Assembly (NCBI GenBank): GCA_963664115.2
Contig: CAXWPJ010000002.1
Location: forward strand, 800,001-864,000
Reading direction: 5' to 3'
DNA length: 64,000 nucleotides
Source: Terriglobia bacterium
GTDB lineage: Bacteria > Acidobacteriota > Terriglobia > 20CM-2-55-15
Shown in pieces: positions 9,985-19,249 of this stretch (its first letter is position 1; each line of letters starts with the position of its first letter). A program made the translations under genes and the position numbers. The notes under the pieces are model-generated. The model saw only the letters and a list, made by a program, of their open reading frames with translations. It was not told the DNA's origin and ran no database searches.

Positions 9985-10521
9985 TCAAGGCTTCTGGAAA
10001 TAGGTCCGGATCAGGCCGGGTCGCTCTTCCACACACCAAACGAGAAATCCTTTCTTTTTCATGATGTCTATGCCCGGCGCCGGCAGGTGGTTGGAAATCA
10101 GTTCCAGTATTTCGGACGACTTCAGTTGATGGGACTTTTCGTTGATGCGTACCAGGGGCATGCTGTCTTCGACCCGATCTTTGATTTCGTCGATCGACAC
10201 CATCACCTTTTCAGGATCGAACCACTCGGGTCGCTCCGAAAAATAAGATGGCGCGTCGACTGCATCAGCGGGATCCAGTAGTTCCTGTCCCACAGCCGAC
10301 CGGAGAGTGTTGACGAGTGCGACGAGGGGGACATGAGCGACGGCCGCAGCATGCCTTATCGAGGCTACCTTGGCGACGCTTCGTCGGAGCAGGGGGTTTT
10401 TCAGTTTGGCGAAGGCCGGCGCCACCCCGATCAATACATCTTCCAGTTCGGGATATCGCTCCAGCAATGCGGCGACTGTCGTTGACGCTTCGATAGGGAA
10501 GCTTTCCTCTTGCTCAGGCAT
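9985..10521 (-). CDS. DUF1858 domain protein (probable C-terminal DUF2249/TusA-like domain)
   Basis: TVAALLERYPELEDVLI...FAKLKNPLLRRSVAK...SIRHAA N-terminus; C-terminal PAPGIDIMKKKGF. Confidence 0.75.
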   Translation of the reverse strand: MPEQEESFPIEASTTVAALLERYPELEDVLIGVAPAFAKLKNPLLRRSVAKVASIRHAAAVAHVPLVALVNTLRSAVGQELLDPADAVDAPSYFSERPEWFDPEKVMVSIDEIKDRVEDSMPLVRINEKSHQLKSSEILELISNHLPAPGIDIMKKKGFLVWCVEERPGLIRTYFQKP

Positions 10522-10604
10522 CCAGGATAACTTTAGCCTGTGTATCTAACGATTTACAAGGTTCTCTGACTGTGGAGGGTGGATTCTTTCAGAGCTCGAA
10601 TCCC

Positions 10605-10655
10605 GGGCACATATTTATTTAATATAGGAATTATAATTATTAAGCTTGTATTCGC
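10605..10655. promoter_or_regulatory. AT-rich divergent promoter region
   Basis: ATATTTATTTAATATAGGAATTATAATTAT including TATAAT, between divergent genes; AGGAGG RBS precedes the ATG at 10704. Confidence 0.45.
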
Positions 10656-10703
10656 TGTGGCCCGGGCATAGCTTCGACTCATTCCCAAAAGGAGGATCTG
10701 GAA

Positions 10704-11954
10704 ATGAGATCACAGCGTGGAATGGCCCTGATCACGGCTCTGATGATGCTTGCTTTCCTCACGGTCGTGGGCGGCGCACTCTTATCCAGCACGACGGTCG
10801 ACCTCATGATCGCCGAGAACTATGAGACCAACGCGAAGCTCTTGTACCTCACTGAAGCCGGACTCAATGTAGGGCGAGAAACGTTGAGGGCTTCGGCGAA
10901 CGACCTGTCCACGGACATGGCGACGGCTGCCGGGGTGGACACGACGTTGGCGGTATCGATGGACCTGGCCACACTCCTGGCGACCGACGACCAGCCGCTC
11001 CTTCCATCCGAGGGCAGCCTCCGAACGACGGGCCAGACCCTTGACGATGGTTCGGGGCAAGCGATCGGCACTTACCACGTTTTCGTGCGCAACGATCCGG
11101 CGGACGGCCAGACTGCGACAAGCGATTCTAACGATGTCGTCACCTTGGTGAGTATAGGAACCATTGGCAACGCGACGCTGACGATAGCAGCCGACGTCAA
11201 GAAGGGAACTTTCCCGCCCATTCCGGCAGCGTTGACTCTCAATGGAGGCATCGGCTTGTTTGATGCGGCGAATTCGAATCTGTTCCGAGTGGATGGATTT
11301 GATTCGGCGGGTAGCGGCAACAACGAGAATGCTATTGGTGTCATCTCTTCCGCGGACGACACTACGGTGACGAACGCCATTCCGCCGGTGAATGTTGCGA
11401 ACTACACCGGTGACGGCGGTGTCACACCTGACGTTGAAGACATCAGCACCGACCTATCTGGAATGCTGGAAACAGTATCCGGTCTGGAGGACCTTGTTTC
11501 CAGCATGTCGGAATCGGCCACAGATACCTACACGCCGGGCTTTGGAAACTCGACTTCGATCGGCAACATCGGAAGTTCGAGTGACGACCGCGTTGTCGTC
11601 GTCAACGGCGACGCCACGTTCGGGCCAGGTACCGGCTACGGTGTTCTGTTGGTACGGGGTGTCCTGACATTTTCCGGCAACTTCAATTGGAATGGTCTGG
11701 TCTTGGTGATCGGCCAGGGAGAAATGCACTGGAACGGTGGTGGGCTGGGTGAGATACAGGGTGGCCTGTTTATTGCGAAGACGCGCGACACGGCAACGGC
11801 GTCCGTACCGCTGGGAGCGCTGCGGACGACGAGGGGAGATATCATTGCCGACTTCAACGGCGGTGGCGGTGCCGGAATCGTTTACAACACGAGCACGATC
11901 GCAAATGCCAACAGCACGTTTCCGTATGACCCGATTGCGGTCTGGGAATACTGA
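10704..11954 (+). CDS. PilX N-terminal domain protein (type IV minor pilin-like)
   Basis: Prepilin-like QRG|MALITALMMLAFLTVVG, YLTEAGL motif, C-terminal beta-rich VVVVNGD/GVLLVRG/WNGLVLV region ending WEY. Confidence 0.8.
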   Translation: MRSQRGMALITALMMLAFLTVVGGALLSSTTVDLMIAENYETNAKLLYLTEAGLNVGRETLRASANDLSTDMATAAGVDTTLAVSMDLATLLATDDQPLLPSEGSLRTTGQTLDDGSGQAIGTYHVFVRNDPADGQTATSDSNDVVTLVSIGTIGNATLTIAADVKKGTFPPIPAALTLNGGIGLFDAANSNLFRVDGFDSAGSGNNENAIGVISSADDTTVTNAIPPVNVANYTGDGGVTPDVEDISTDLSGMLETVSGLEDLVSSMSESATDTYTPGFGNSTSIGNIGSSSDDRVVVVNGDATFGPGTGYGVLLVRGVLTFSGNFNWNGLVLVIGQGEMHWNGGGLGEIQGGLFIAKTRDTATASVPLGALRTTRGDIIADFNGGGGAGIVYNTSTIANANSTFPYDPIAVWEY

Positions 11955-11955
11955 A

Positions 11956-12222
11956 ATGCTGGCCGACGGACGTCTGAATCGGGAGGAACTCATGTCAGTG
12001 ACCGCAACACAGACGGCCAGAGGCGGTATTTTGCGGGGAGCCGGGGACCTGCGGGAAGAGTTAAGTAAAACCAGTAGCCAACTCGCCCTCCTCATGGAGC
12101 AATATCGCGACCCCAGGCGGAGGCTTGAACAGAAGATACGATTAAACATCCGACGCAACGAGTTGGAGTCGTACGCGGCCGGTTTGCGCTACGCCCTGGG
12201 TGGTGCGCCAAGGGAAACCTAG
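11956..12222 (+). CDS. Small hypothetical helical protein
   Basis: ATG 1 nt after the pilX stop; 88 aa; followed by a hairpin. Confidence 0.45.
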   Translation: MLADGRLNREELMSVTATQTARGGILRGAGDLREELSKTSSQLALLMEQYRDPRRRLEQKIRLNIRRNELESYAAGLRYALGGAPRET

Positions 12223-12235
12223 CCTGAATCTGGAG

Positions 12236-12260
12236 TCCCGGGAACCTGTCGTTCCCGGGA
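12236..12260 (+). terminator. Stem-loop downstream of the pilX unit (possible terminator)
   Basis: TCCCGGGAAC-ctgtc-GTTCCCGGGA, a perfect 10-bp stem; lacks a clear U-tract. Confidence 0.45.
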
Positions 12261-12433
12261 TAGCTCCTTCCAACACTTCACCTTTCGAAAGAGCTGCCTC
12301 CCCTTTAATCGAGCGGGTTCTCGATTGCCTCCGGCTTTGCTGTTCTATAGACTCGTTCCGGATTTCAGATTGAATTGGATGCGGCGATTGGGATCGAATG
12401 CCTTAAACGAACTGGATAGAGGAGTGGCCCTAC

Positions 12434-13482
12434 ATGCGAGCGACCCGCGGATACGCGACCCAGGGGCCGGATGCCAAACTCGAGCCTTTCAATTTTGAGA
12501 GACGGGATCCAGGTCCAGACGACGTCCTGATTGAGATCTTGTACTGCGGTATCTGCCATACCGACATCCACCAGACTCGGAACGACTGGCAAACTGCGGC
12601 GTATCCGATGGTACCCGGTCATGAGATCGTCGGCCGCGTCGGGGGTGTCGGTAGTAATGTCCAGAGCTTCAGGGAGGGCGATCTGGCCGGTGTCGGCTGC
12701 TTCGTGGACTCCTGCCGCGAGTGTGAAAGCTGTCGGGATGGGATGGAGCAGAGTACTGCGTGGTCCCTCCCGTGTGGACCTACAATGCGATCGAAAAGGA
12801 CGGTAAGACACGGACTCTCGGAGGGTACTCTTCCGAGATTGTCGTGGATCAGAACTACGTGCTCCGTGTGCCGCCGGGTCTTGATCCGGCCGGAGCCGCT
12901 CCCCTGCTGTGTGCAGGTGTCACGACCTATTCGCCGCTCAAACACTTTGGCGTTGAAAAAGGAGATCGCGTTGGCGTTGTCGGGCTTGGCGGGCTCGGTC
13001 ACATGGCGGTCAAGCTGGCATCGTCCATGGGTGCGGAAGTCACGGTTTTCAGTACGTCGGCGTCGAAAGAAGATGACGCGCGCCGCTTGGGTGCAAGCGA
13101 ATTCCTAGTCACGAAAGACCTGGACCCTACTCCGCTGGCCAACCGCTTTCGTCTTGTCATCGACGCGGTTTCCGCATCTCACGATCTGAATCCCTATATC
13201 GGCATGTTGATCCGCGATGGAACCATGGTGCTTTTGGGCGCGCCCCCAGAGGCTGCCCACGTCAGTGCCGGCCCATTGATTTTTGCTCGCCGCAGGCTTG
13301 CGGGTTCGCTCATAGGCGGGATTCGTGAAACCCAGGAGATGCTCGACTACTGTGGGGACAACGGGATCACATCGGATGTTGAAGTGATTCCCATCACGGA
13401 TGTGAATGAGGCGTACGAACGCACTCTCAAGGGAGATGTCCGCTACCGATTTGTTATCGATCTCAAGACACTGCCGGTCTGA
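12434..13482 (+). pseudogene. Zn-dependent NAD(P)H alcohol/aldehyde dehydrogenase (YahK/CAD family), frameshifted
   Basis: CGICHTD, GHEIVG and C-x2-C-x2-C in one frame; APLLCAG, GLGGLGH and RYRFVID in another. An extra AG at about 12752-12753 (CAG AG TAC TGC) breaks EQYC. Confidence 0.85.
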
Positions 13483-13540
13483 ACCTGAAGTCAACTGTTT
13501 GGTGTTACAACTCTCATCGGCCGGTTCCCAAAATCCCTGG

Positions 13541-13858
13541 CTAACCCGGCGCCGAAACATCCACAAGGAAAGCCCAGAAGGACGCACCTTCCGGGGTTCC
13601 ATAGTCATCGACTTCGACGGCATTCATGTCTGTTAGATAGAAGTCGTAGACGGTGGATCTTTCGTGCGCTAAGGGTGTCGCGCAATAACAGGTCTCATAC
13701 CACTCGATCGTGTCCGAATTTGTGATCTTTGCCCTCTCCATGGATGCCAGGATTTCCTGACCGTCCGGTCTCTGGTTTTCAATCGTCCCATCAGTGAGTT
13801 TCTGATAGAACTCAGGGGCTTTTTCTGCCCGGTACCTGGCCCTCACTTTATAAATCAT
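13541..13858 (-). CDS. Hypothetical protein with CxC motif
   Basis: 105 aa; GGGAG RBS; WYETCYCATPLAHER motif. Confidence 0.7.
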   Translation of the reverse strand: MIYKVRARYRAEKAPEFYQKLTDGTIENQRPDGQEILASMERAKITNSDTIEWYETCYCATPLAHERSTVYDFYLTDMNAVEVDDYGTPEGASFWAFLVDVSAPG

Positions 13859-13932
13859 CGTTATCTCCCGCCCGTTTTCGGCGCATCATAGCACCATCGG
13901 CTGAAGACGTCGTTCCGTTAAAACCGTCGGGT

Positions 13933-14949
13933 TCAAACAACGTCGAGCTTCTTCCAGATTTCTTCCATGGCGCCGGTCACCGCCTCGACTTCTATCTCTT
14001 CCATCGAGTTCCCCTGTATGCATCGATCCAGCCCACCGGAGGGACGGTAGTGATGCGGTGAACCGCCGGCGAATATCCCGATCGTAGGTACGCCCAGCGC
14101 CGGCCCGATGTGCATCGGTCCCGTGTCGTTGCTCACGAGCAGATCCACGGAGTCGATCAGGGCCGCGATCTCCGGAAAACTCAAGCCATTCGCGAGATGC
14201 ACCCGGGCCGGATTCTCCGCTCCGGCTTGAACCTTCCGAGCGAGGGATTCTTCTTCTTCGGCCGCCCCGCCGATCACCAGTACCGAAGCGCCCAAGCGGC
14301 TGACTGCATGAGAAGCCACTTTCGAGAATCGGGCTGCGGGCCATCGACGGGGGGGTCTCGACGCCCCGACGTTGAGCGCAACTCTGGGACCGGGGCCCTT
14401 GAGTTGAGCGGCAAGGCCTTCTGCCCCGTGCCCCACCTGGATGTAGGGTCCGTCCTCACCGGCGGAAGCTGAGACGCCCACAACGCTTTGAGCGACGGCT
14501 CGGAAGGTATCCACCATGTGGAGCGTTTCGTTCTGCACCGCGGGTTCCAGATTGAAACAAAAGGGCAGGTACCCACGCTGGGATCGTTTCAAGCCCGCAC
14601 GATAGCGTGCACCGGAGAGCCAGGTCATGAGGTTCGTTTCCCGCAGGCTGTGAAAATCGACCACCAGGTCAAAACCCTCGTCGCGAACCTTTCGTATCAG
14701 GTTGTAGATCTCACGCATGGCCTTGAGCTTGGGTTTGTTCTTGAGGGCCTTACGGTCAATCGGAACGACCGCGTCGATGGTGGGACACAATGCGGCGATG
14801 GATGCACACTGGCTTCCCGTGATCAGCGTCAGTCGGGCGTTGGGGAAGGCGCGCTTGAGTTCGGCGAGAGCCGGCATCATCAGGATGACATCGCCGATTC
14901 CCGAAAGACGAATTGCCAGAATTTTGGAAACGCCGTGAATGGATGTCAT
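13933..14949 (-). CDS. Glycosyltransferase family 9 (heptosyltransferase-like)
   Basis: RLSGIGDVIL, FDLVVDFH, RRWP and SNDTGPMHI motifs. Confidence 0.92.
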   Translation of the reverse strand: MTSIHGVSKILAIRLSGIGDVILMMPALAELKRAFPNARLTLITGSQCASIAALCPTIDAVVPIDRKALKNKPKLKAMREIYNLIRKVRDEGFDLVVDFHSLRETNLMTWLSGARYRAGLKRSQRGYLPFCFNLEPAVQNETLHMVDTFRAVAQSVVGVSASAGEDGPYIQVGHGAEGLAAQLKGPGPRVALNVGASRPPRRWPAARFSKVASHAVSRLGASVLVIGGAAEEEESLARKVQAGAENPARVHLANGLSFPEIAALIDSVDLLVSNDTGPMHIGPALGVPTIGIFAGGSPHHYRPSGGLDRCIQGNSMEEIEVEAVTGAMEEIWKKLDVV

Positions 14950-15182
14950 TGGCAGTGAGAATCTTTGCTGGAATCAGCGCGGATTGCAACCGTCTCGAAT
15001 CCGGGCCGCCGTGCGGAGTCCGGAGCTGACTTGTGTGTGGGGTGATCGACCAGAGGAAGCGGGAGGCTAGTTCACAAGTTCTGTGTGACGAGACGGAGCA
15101 TTCAACCGGAACTGGAACGCAGGATCTTTTCTTCTGTGGGGATCACCGCGAACGAACAAAAAACATTGTTCCCGGGAGTGGC

Positions 15183-16067
15183 CTACATCAACACCTGTTC
15201 CCAGACGGTCCACTGCTGATTGTAGAGCCCGCTATTGCTGTAAACCAGTGGCAGGTGTTCCAATCTGCGCAGCGTCTGGCTGAGCCTGAAACGAGATCTC
15301 CACTGTTCGGCCCACCAGGATATCGGACGCAGTGTGATGTGTCCGGGATACCAGAATTGGTTCAGGTTAATCAGCAACACCAGCTTTTGAAGGCCCAGCA
15401 GGGTCCATTGTTCCACCATGGCGGAAATGTCCCGTTCGGGGATGTGTTCCAGGACGTCAATCGCGATCAGCGTGTCGAATCCATCGCTCGCATCGAAAGG
15501 AATATCGGTGAGTGATCCGACACGGAGGTAGTCGCGGACTTCCTCGAACGCGATGTCGCGCAGATTGGGAATAATGTCGAAACCGTGGGCGTCCATACCT
15601 TGGTTCCGGCATTGCCGGACCAGTTCACCGTTCGAGCATCCTGCGATGACGCATTTGCCAGGGTTAGCCAGCTCTTTGATAATGGTTGCCTGGATGGTCT
15701 TGATTTCAATTTCCCGAGGAGACCCTTTGGTGTAGTCGTTGTCCTGGTGATAGGACTCGTCGTAGCTCACCATTTGAGTGGGTTCGGGTGACCATCCGAA
15801 GGTCAGGGCGTTGGTAAACGCGCTCAAAATGAAGCCGAAGTACCGATCGTGAGCTCCCGGTTCGGCGAGGCTGCCTGTATAGGGGGTGTGGGTCGTGATG
15901 ATTGCGTTCGAGGTCTTGCCGTTGAAGAGGATGGTACCGGTGTTGTCGTATAGACGATCAGTGAACCCGATTTCTATCGTCGAGCCGTCCCATTCCTGCA
16001 AGTCGAGATCGAAGTTACCGGATCGCCCTTCGTGCTGGAGCTCTAGTGTGATTTGTGCGTCGACCAT
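15183..16067 (-). CDS. Class I SAM-dependent methyltransferase with extra N-terminal domain
   Basis: AGCSNG, HGFDI, FDTLIAIDVLEHIP, GHITL motifs. Confidence 0.7.
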   Translation of the reverse strand: MVDAQITLELQHEGRSGNFDLDLQEWDGSTIEIGFTDRLYDNTGTILFNGKTSNAIITTHTPYTGSLAEPGAHDRYFGFILSAFTNALTFGWSPEPTQMVSYDESYHQDNDYTKGSPREIEIKTIQATIIKELANPGKCVIAGCSNGELVRQCRNQGMDAHGFDIIPNLRDIAFEEVRDYLRVGSLTDIPFDASDGFDTLIAIDVLEHIPERDISAMVEQWTLLGLQKLVLLINLNQFWYPGHITLRPISWWAEQWRSRFRLSQTLRRLEHLPLVYSNSGLYNQQWTVWEQVLM

Positions 16068-16280
16068 TGGGCTTCTCTCGGTTGTTCGGTGGCAGACAAA
16101 CTCGAAGAAACGAGGAGCATTTGAGCCTCCAAAACTATAATAGCTATAGCCGCTATGAATATTATTTTACTTTCATGGGTTTAGGCAGAGCAGGGTTTGT
16201 CGAGCATAGAGTGATCGGAGTTATTTCTGGCGGAAAACTGACAGAATTTGAGGACAGAGACCGGATTCTGGCACCTTAAG

Positions 16281-17357
16281 TTAATCAATTCTGGCCCGAG
16301 GCGGAATCCTGTCGCCGTCCCCGACCATGAAGAACTGTTGCATTGCGCTCGCGATATCCAGTTTCTCAAAGTGTTTGAAGCCGGCTTCCGATGCCAGGGC
16401 CCGAGCTCCGGTCTCGCCGATGATCGTGCCCAGTCCGGCGCCTCCTGTTGCCAATGACACGGTCAGGCAATGATAGGGGCTGAGGTTTGCACGCATTTTT
16501 CCAACCGGATCGCGGTTTGCCATGGGTTCGTGAGATCCTGTGGGTTCAGACCAGAACAGGATTCCGTTTTCATTGAGTAACTTTCGAATGTTTTGGAGCT
16601 CGCCTGCCGGATCGGGCATGTCGTGGATGCAGTCGATGGCCAAGACGAGGTCGAAGCGGTCCCCTCGAGGCATGTCCTCGAGACGGACGACTCGAAACTC
16701 CACGTTGCTGAGCTTTCTTTCAACCGCAAGGTCCCGCGCCCTTGCGATGCTTTTCCGATGCGGATCGATTCCGACAATCTTTGAAAGGGGGTAGGCGTGG
16801 GCGAGGGCCACGGTGGAGCGTCCCAGGCCGCAGCCGACGTCGAGAACTCGGATTCCGGTCTCCAATCGCTCCTGAAGGTTCCCCGCCGCTCCCAGCCACA
16901 GGGACGTCAGCTGGTGGTCGAACCACGGACGATGCATGCGGTCGATCGCCTCAGGAATTTCTTCTCCGAGTTCTGCGTACGAAATACCGCCGCCATTTCG
17001 AAAGACCTCAATCAGAGCTTCGGTCTGGAGTAGCGATGGCAACGCGAACTGAAACGCGCCTGCCCCAAAGACGGGCGACCCTTCATCAGCCAGGACCGAG
17101 CGTTGCTCTTCCGTCATCGAATACAGGTCATCGGCACTGTCGTGTTCGACGTAGCCAGCACTGACCATGGCCTTGAGCCATTCCCTCACGTAGCGTTCGT
17201 TGAGACCCGCTTGGGTGGCGATTGCCTCACTCGAAGCCGGTCCGTTTGCGGCAACGATCTTGAACAGGCCGAGTCGATCCCCGATGTACCCCAGCCCGGC
17301 TGCAAACGCGCCTCCGACATCGGCAATGACAGCCCCGACGATCGGTTGTTCACTCAT
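16281..17357 (-). CDS. Class I SAM methyltransferase with N-terminal winged helix (Rv2258c-like)
   Basis: IGDRLGLF...ERYVREWL, VLDVGCGLG, DCIHDMPDP, YHCLTVSLA-x-GG-x-GLG. Confidence 0.88.
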   Translation of the reverse strand: MSEQPIVGAVIADVGGAFAAGLGYIGDRLGLFKIVAANGPASSEAIATQAGLNERYVREWLKAMVSAGYVEHDSADDLYSMTEEQRSVLADEGSPVFGAGAFQFALPSLLQTEALIEVFRNGGGISYAELGEEIPEAIDRMHRPWFDHQLTSLWLGAAGNLQERLETGIRVLDVGCGLGRSTVALAHAYPLSKIVGIDPHRKSIARARDLAVERKLSNVEFRVVRLEDMPRGDRFDLVLAIDCIHDMPDPAGELQNIRKLLNENGILFWSEPTGSHEPMANRDPVGKMRANLSPYHCLTVSLATGGAGLGTIIGETGARALASEAGFKHFEKLDIASAMQQFFMVGDGDRIPPRARID

Positions 17358-17534
17358 ATGTCGCTCCTGTCAAAATGTGGCGTTGCCGTTGTCAATTTTA
17401 ACGGATGTATCGTACTCCTTCTATCCGTGTGAGGCATTCCGTGCCCTCGGTGCCAGTGCGGTCTCGGGGTGCGGAAGTGATTTAATAGCGGTACAATCGT
17501 CGGACCTTATAGCACGCATTCAAGGGAGTATCTG

Positions 17535-18170
17535 ATGTCGGACAAGTGGATGATTCGAGGCAGTGAATACGGAAATTGCAATTGTAATTGGGGATGTCCG
17601 TGCCAGTTCAGTGCTCCAAGCACTCACGGCAACTGCGAAGCTGTGGTCGGTGGACAAATCGATGAAGGCTATTTCAACGATACGAAGTTGGACGGCTTGC
17701 GTTGGGCTCTGGTGGTTTACTGGCCTGGTGAAATCATTGAAGGGAATGGGAAGCAACAGGCGATCATTGATGAACGGGCTGACGAAGCTCAGCGGGAAGC
17801 TATCCGCAAGATCATCCACGGCGAATCCACGGCACCGGGAGCCACGCATTTCTTCGTGTACAACAGCACGATGTCCGAGGTCCTGGAGCCTATCGTTGCC
17901 GCGATCGAACTCTCGATTGACATCGATGCGCGGAGAGCCCAGTTGAAGGTGGAAGGGAAGATTGATTCGATTGGGACACCGATCACCAGTCCCGTTGATG
18001 GTTCGGAGTCCCGTTCCCGGATCCACCTGCCCAACGGTTTCGAATACACCTACGCAGAAATGGGCAACGGGACATCAAAGGTTCGAACCGGCATCGAACT
18101 GGATTTATCCGACAGCTACGCCCAGTTCAACGTGCTCCATATGAATCAGGATGGCGTCATTCGTTCATAG
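17535..18170 (+). CDS. DUF1326 domain protein
   Basis: GNCNC-x3-CPC...HGNC, WPG-x3-EGNG, IDERADEAQR. Confidence 0.88.
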   Translation: MSDKWMIRGSEYGNCNCNWGCPCQFSAPSTHGNCEAVVGGQIDEGYFNDTKLDGLRWALVVYWPGEIIEGNGKQQAIIDERADEAQREAIRKIIHGESTAPGATHFFVYNSTMSEVLEPIVAAIELSIDIDARRAQLKVEGKIDSIGTPITSPVDGSESRSRIHLPNGFEYTYAEMGNGTSKVRTGIELDLSDSYAQFNVLHMNQDGVIRS

Positions 18171-18959
18171 ATGACGGAGCCCGACCGCCAAAAGTTGCCG
18201 CGCCGTGACCGGTGGGCCATCCTCACCGGTCTGGCGGGCATCACCATCCTGTCCTGGATCTATCTGTTTATTCTGGCCTCAAACATGGACGGGATGCCGA
18301 TGTCAGCCATGTCCGAAATCATGGCGATACGCCCGTGGACGGGTGTGGATTTCCTGCTCATGTTCCTCATGTGGGCGGTCATGATGGTCGCCATGATGGT
18401 GCCGACGGCCGTCCCCATGACGCTTCTCTACGCGTCCGTCGCCCGGAAAGCGGCCGCCCAGCTGAGCCCTCTGGCCCCGACCTCTGTTTTCGTAGCGGGT
18501 TACATCGGCATGTGGTGCCTGTTCAGTGCCGCCGCGTCCCTCGCCCAGTGGGCCCTGGATCAAACAGCAATGCTTTCACCGATGATGGTATCTCGCAGCC
18601 CGTTCCTGGGTGCAGGCCTTCTTATCGCCGCTGGTGGCTATCAACTCACGCCGATCAAGAACAGTTGCCTTACGCATTGCCGGGCACCCGCTCATTTCTT
18701 TTCCCGGCACTGGCGGAAAGGTTGGACCGGAGCTCTCCTTATGGGTATGGTGCACGGCGCCTATTGTCTGGGTTGTTGCTGGGTTCTGATGGGGCTCTTG
18801 TTTCTGGGCGGCGTCATGAACCTGCTCTGGATCGCCCTCATCAGTGTCTTTGTTCTGTTGGAAAAGGTCCTTCCTTTGGGTGAGGCCGGGGGGCGTGTTG
18901 CCGGTTTCGCGATGATAGTTCTCGGTGTGTTGACGCTTGCAGGGTTCGGGCTGTCTTGA
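18171..18959 (+). CDS. DUF2182 predicted metal-binding integral membrane protein
   Basis: MWAVMMVAMMVP, YQLTPIK-x2-CL-x2-C and YCLGCCW motifs; adjacent to DUF1326. Confidence 0.88.
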   Translation: MTEPDRQKLPRRDRWAILTGLAGITILSWIYLFILASNMDGMPMSAMSEIMAIRPWTGVDFLLMFLMWAVMMVAMMVPTAVPMTLLYASVARKAAAQLSPLAPTSVFVAGYIGMWCLFSAAASLAQWALDQTAMLSPMMVSRSPFLGAGLLIAAGGYQLTPIKNSCLTHCRAPAHFFSRHWRKGWTGALLMGMVHGAYCLGCCWVLMGLLFLGGVMNLLWIALISVFVLLEKVLPLGEAGGRVAGFAMIVLGVLTLAGFGLS

Positions 18960-18960
18960 G

Positions 18961-19203
18961 AACCCGGACGAGTCGTTTCTCGGCGATTGCTATTCCTATT
19001 TAAAACGAAATCCATACCGGCAATGGTTTGACCAACACGAACCGATCGCAAATCGTTGCGGTGCTGCTTATTACAATGAAACCGCATTTCATCTTGGTTT
19101 GGTTCAATGGGCAACTGACACGACCTTGGCCCGGTTACTGCCCGCGAGCCTGCGGAAGCGATTGGTGGCCGGGGATGTCGGGTTTCTGACCGAATAAATT
19201 TGA
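18961..19203 (+). pseudogene. Fragment of a conserved hypothetical gene
   Basis: Lower-GC stretch reading CYSYLKRNPYRQWFDQHEPI...YYNETAFHLGLVQWATD...DVGFLTE*, with no start or RBS. Confidence 0.5.
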
Positions 19204-19249
19204 CCTACTGAGGGTGTCAGCGATGTCGGGACAGGTGGGTTGAATTTTG

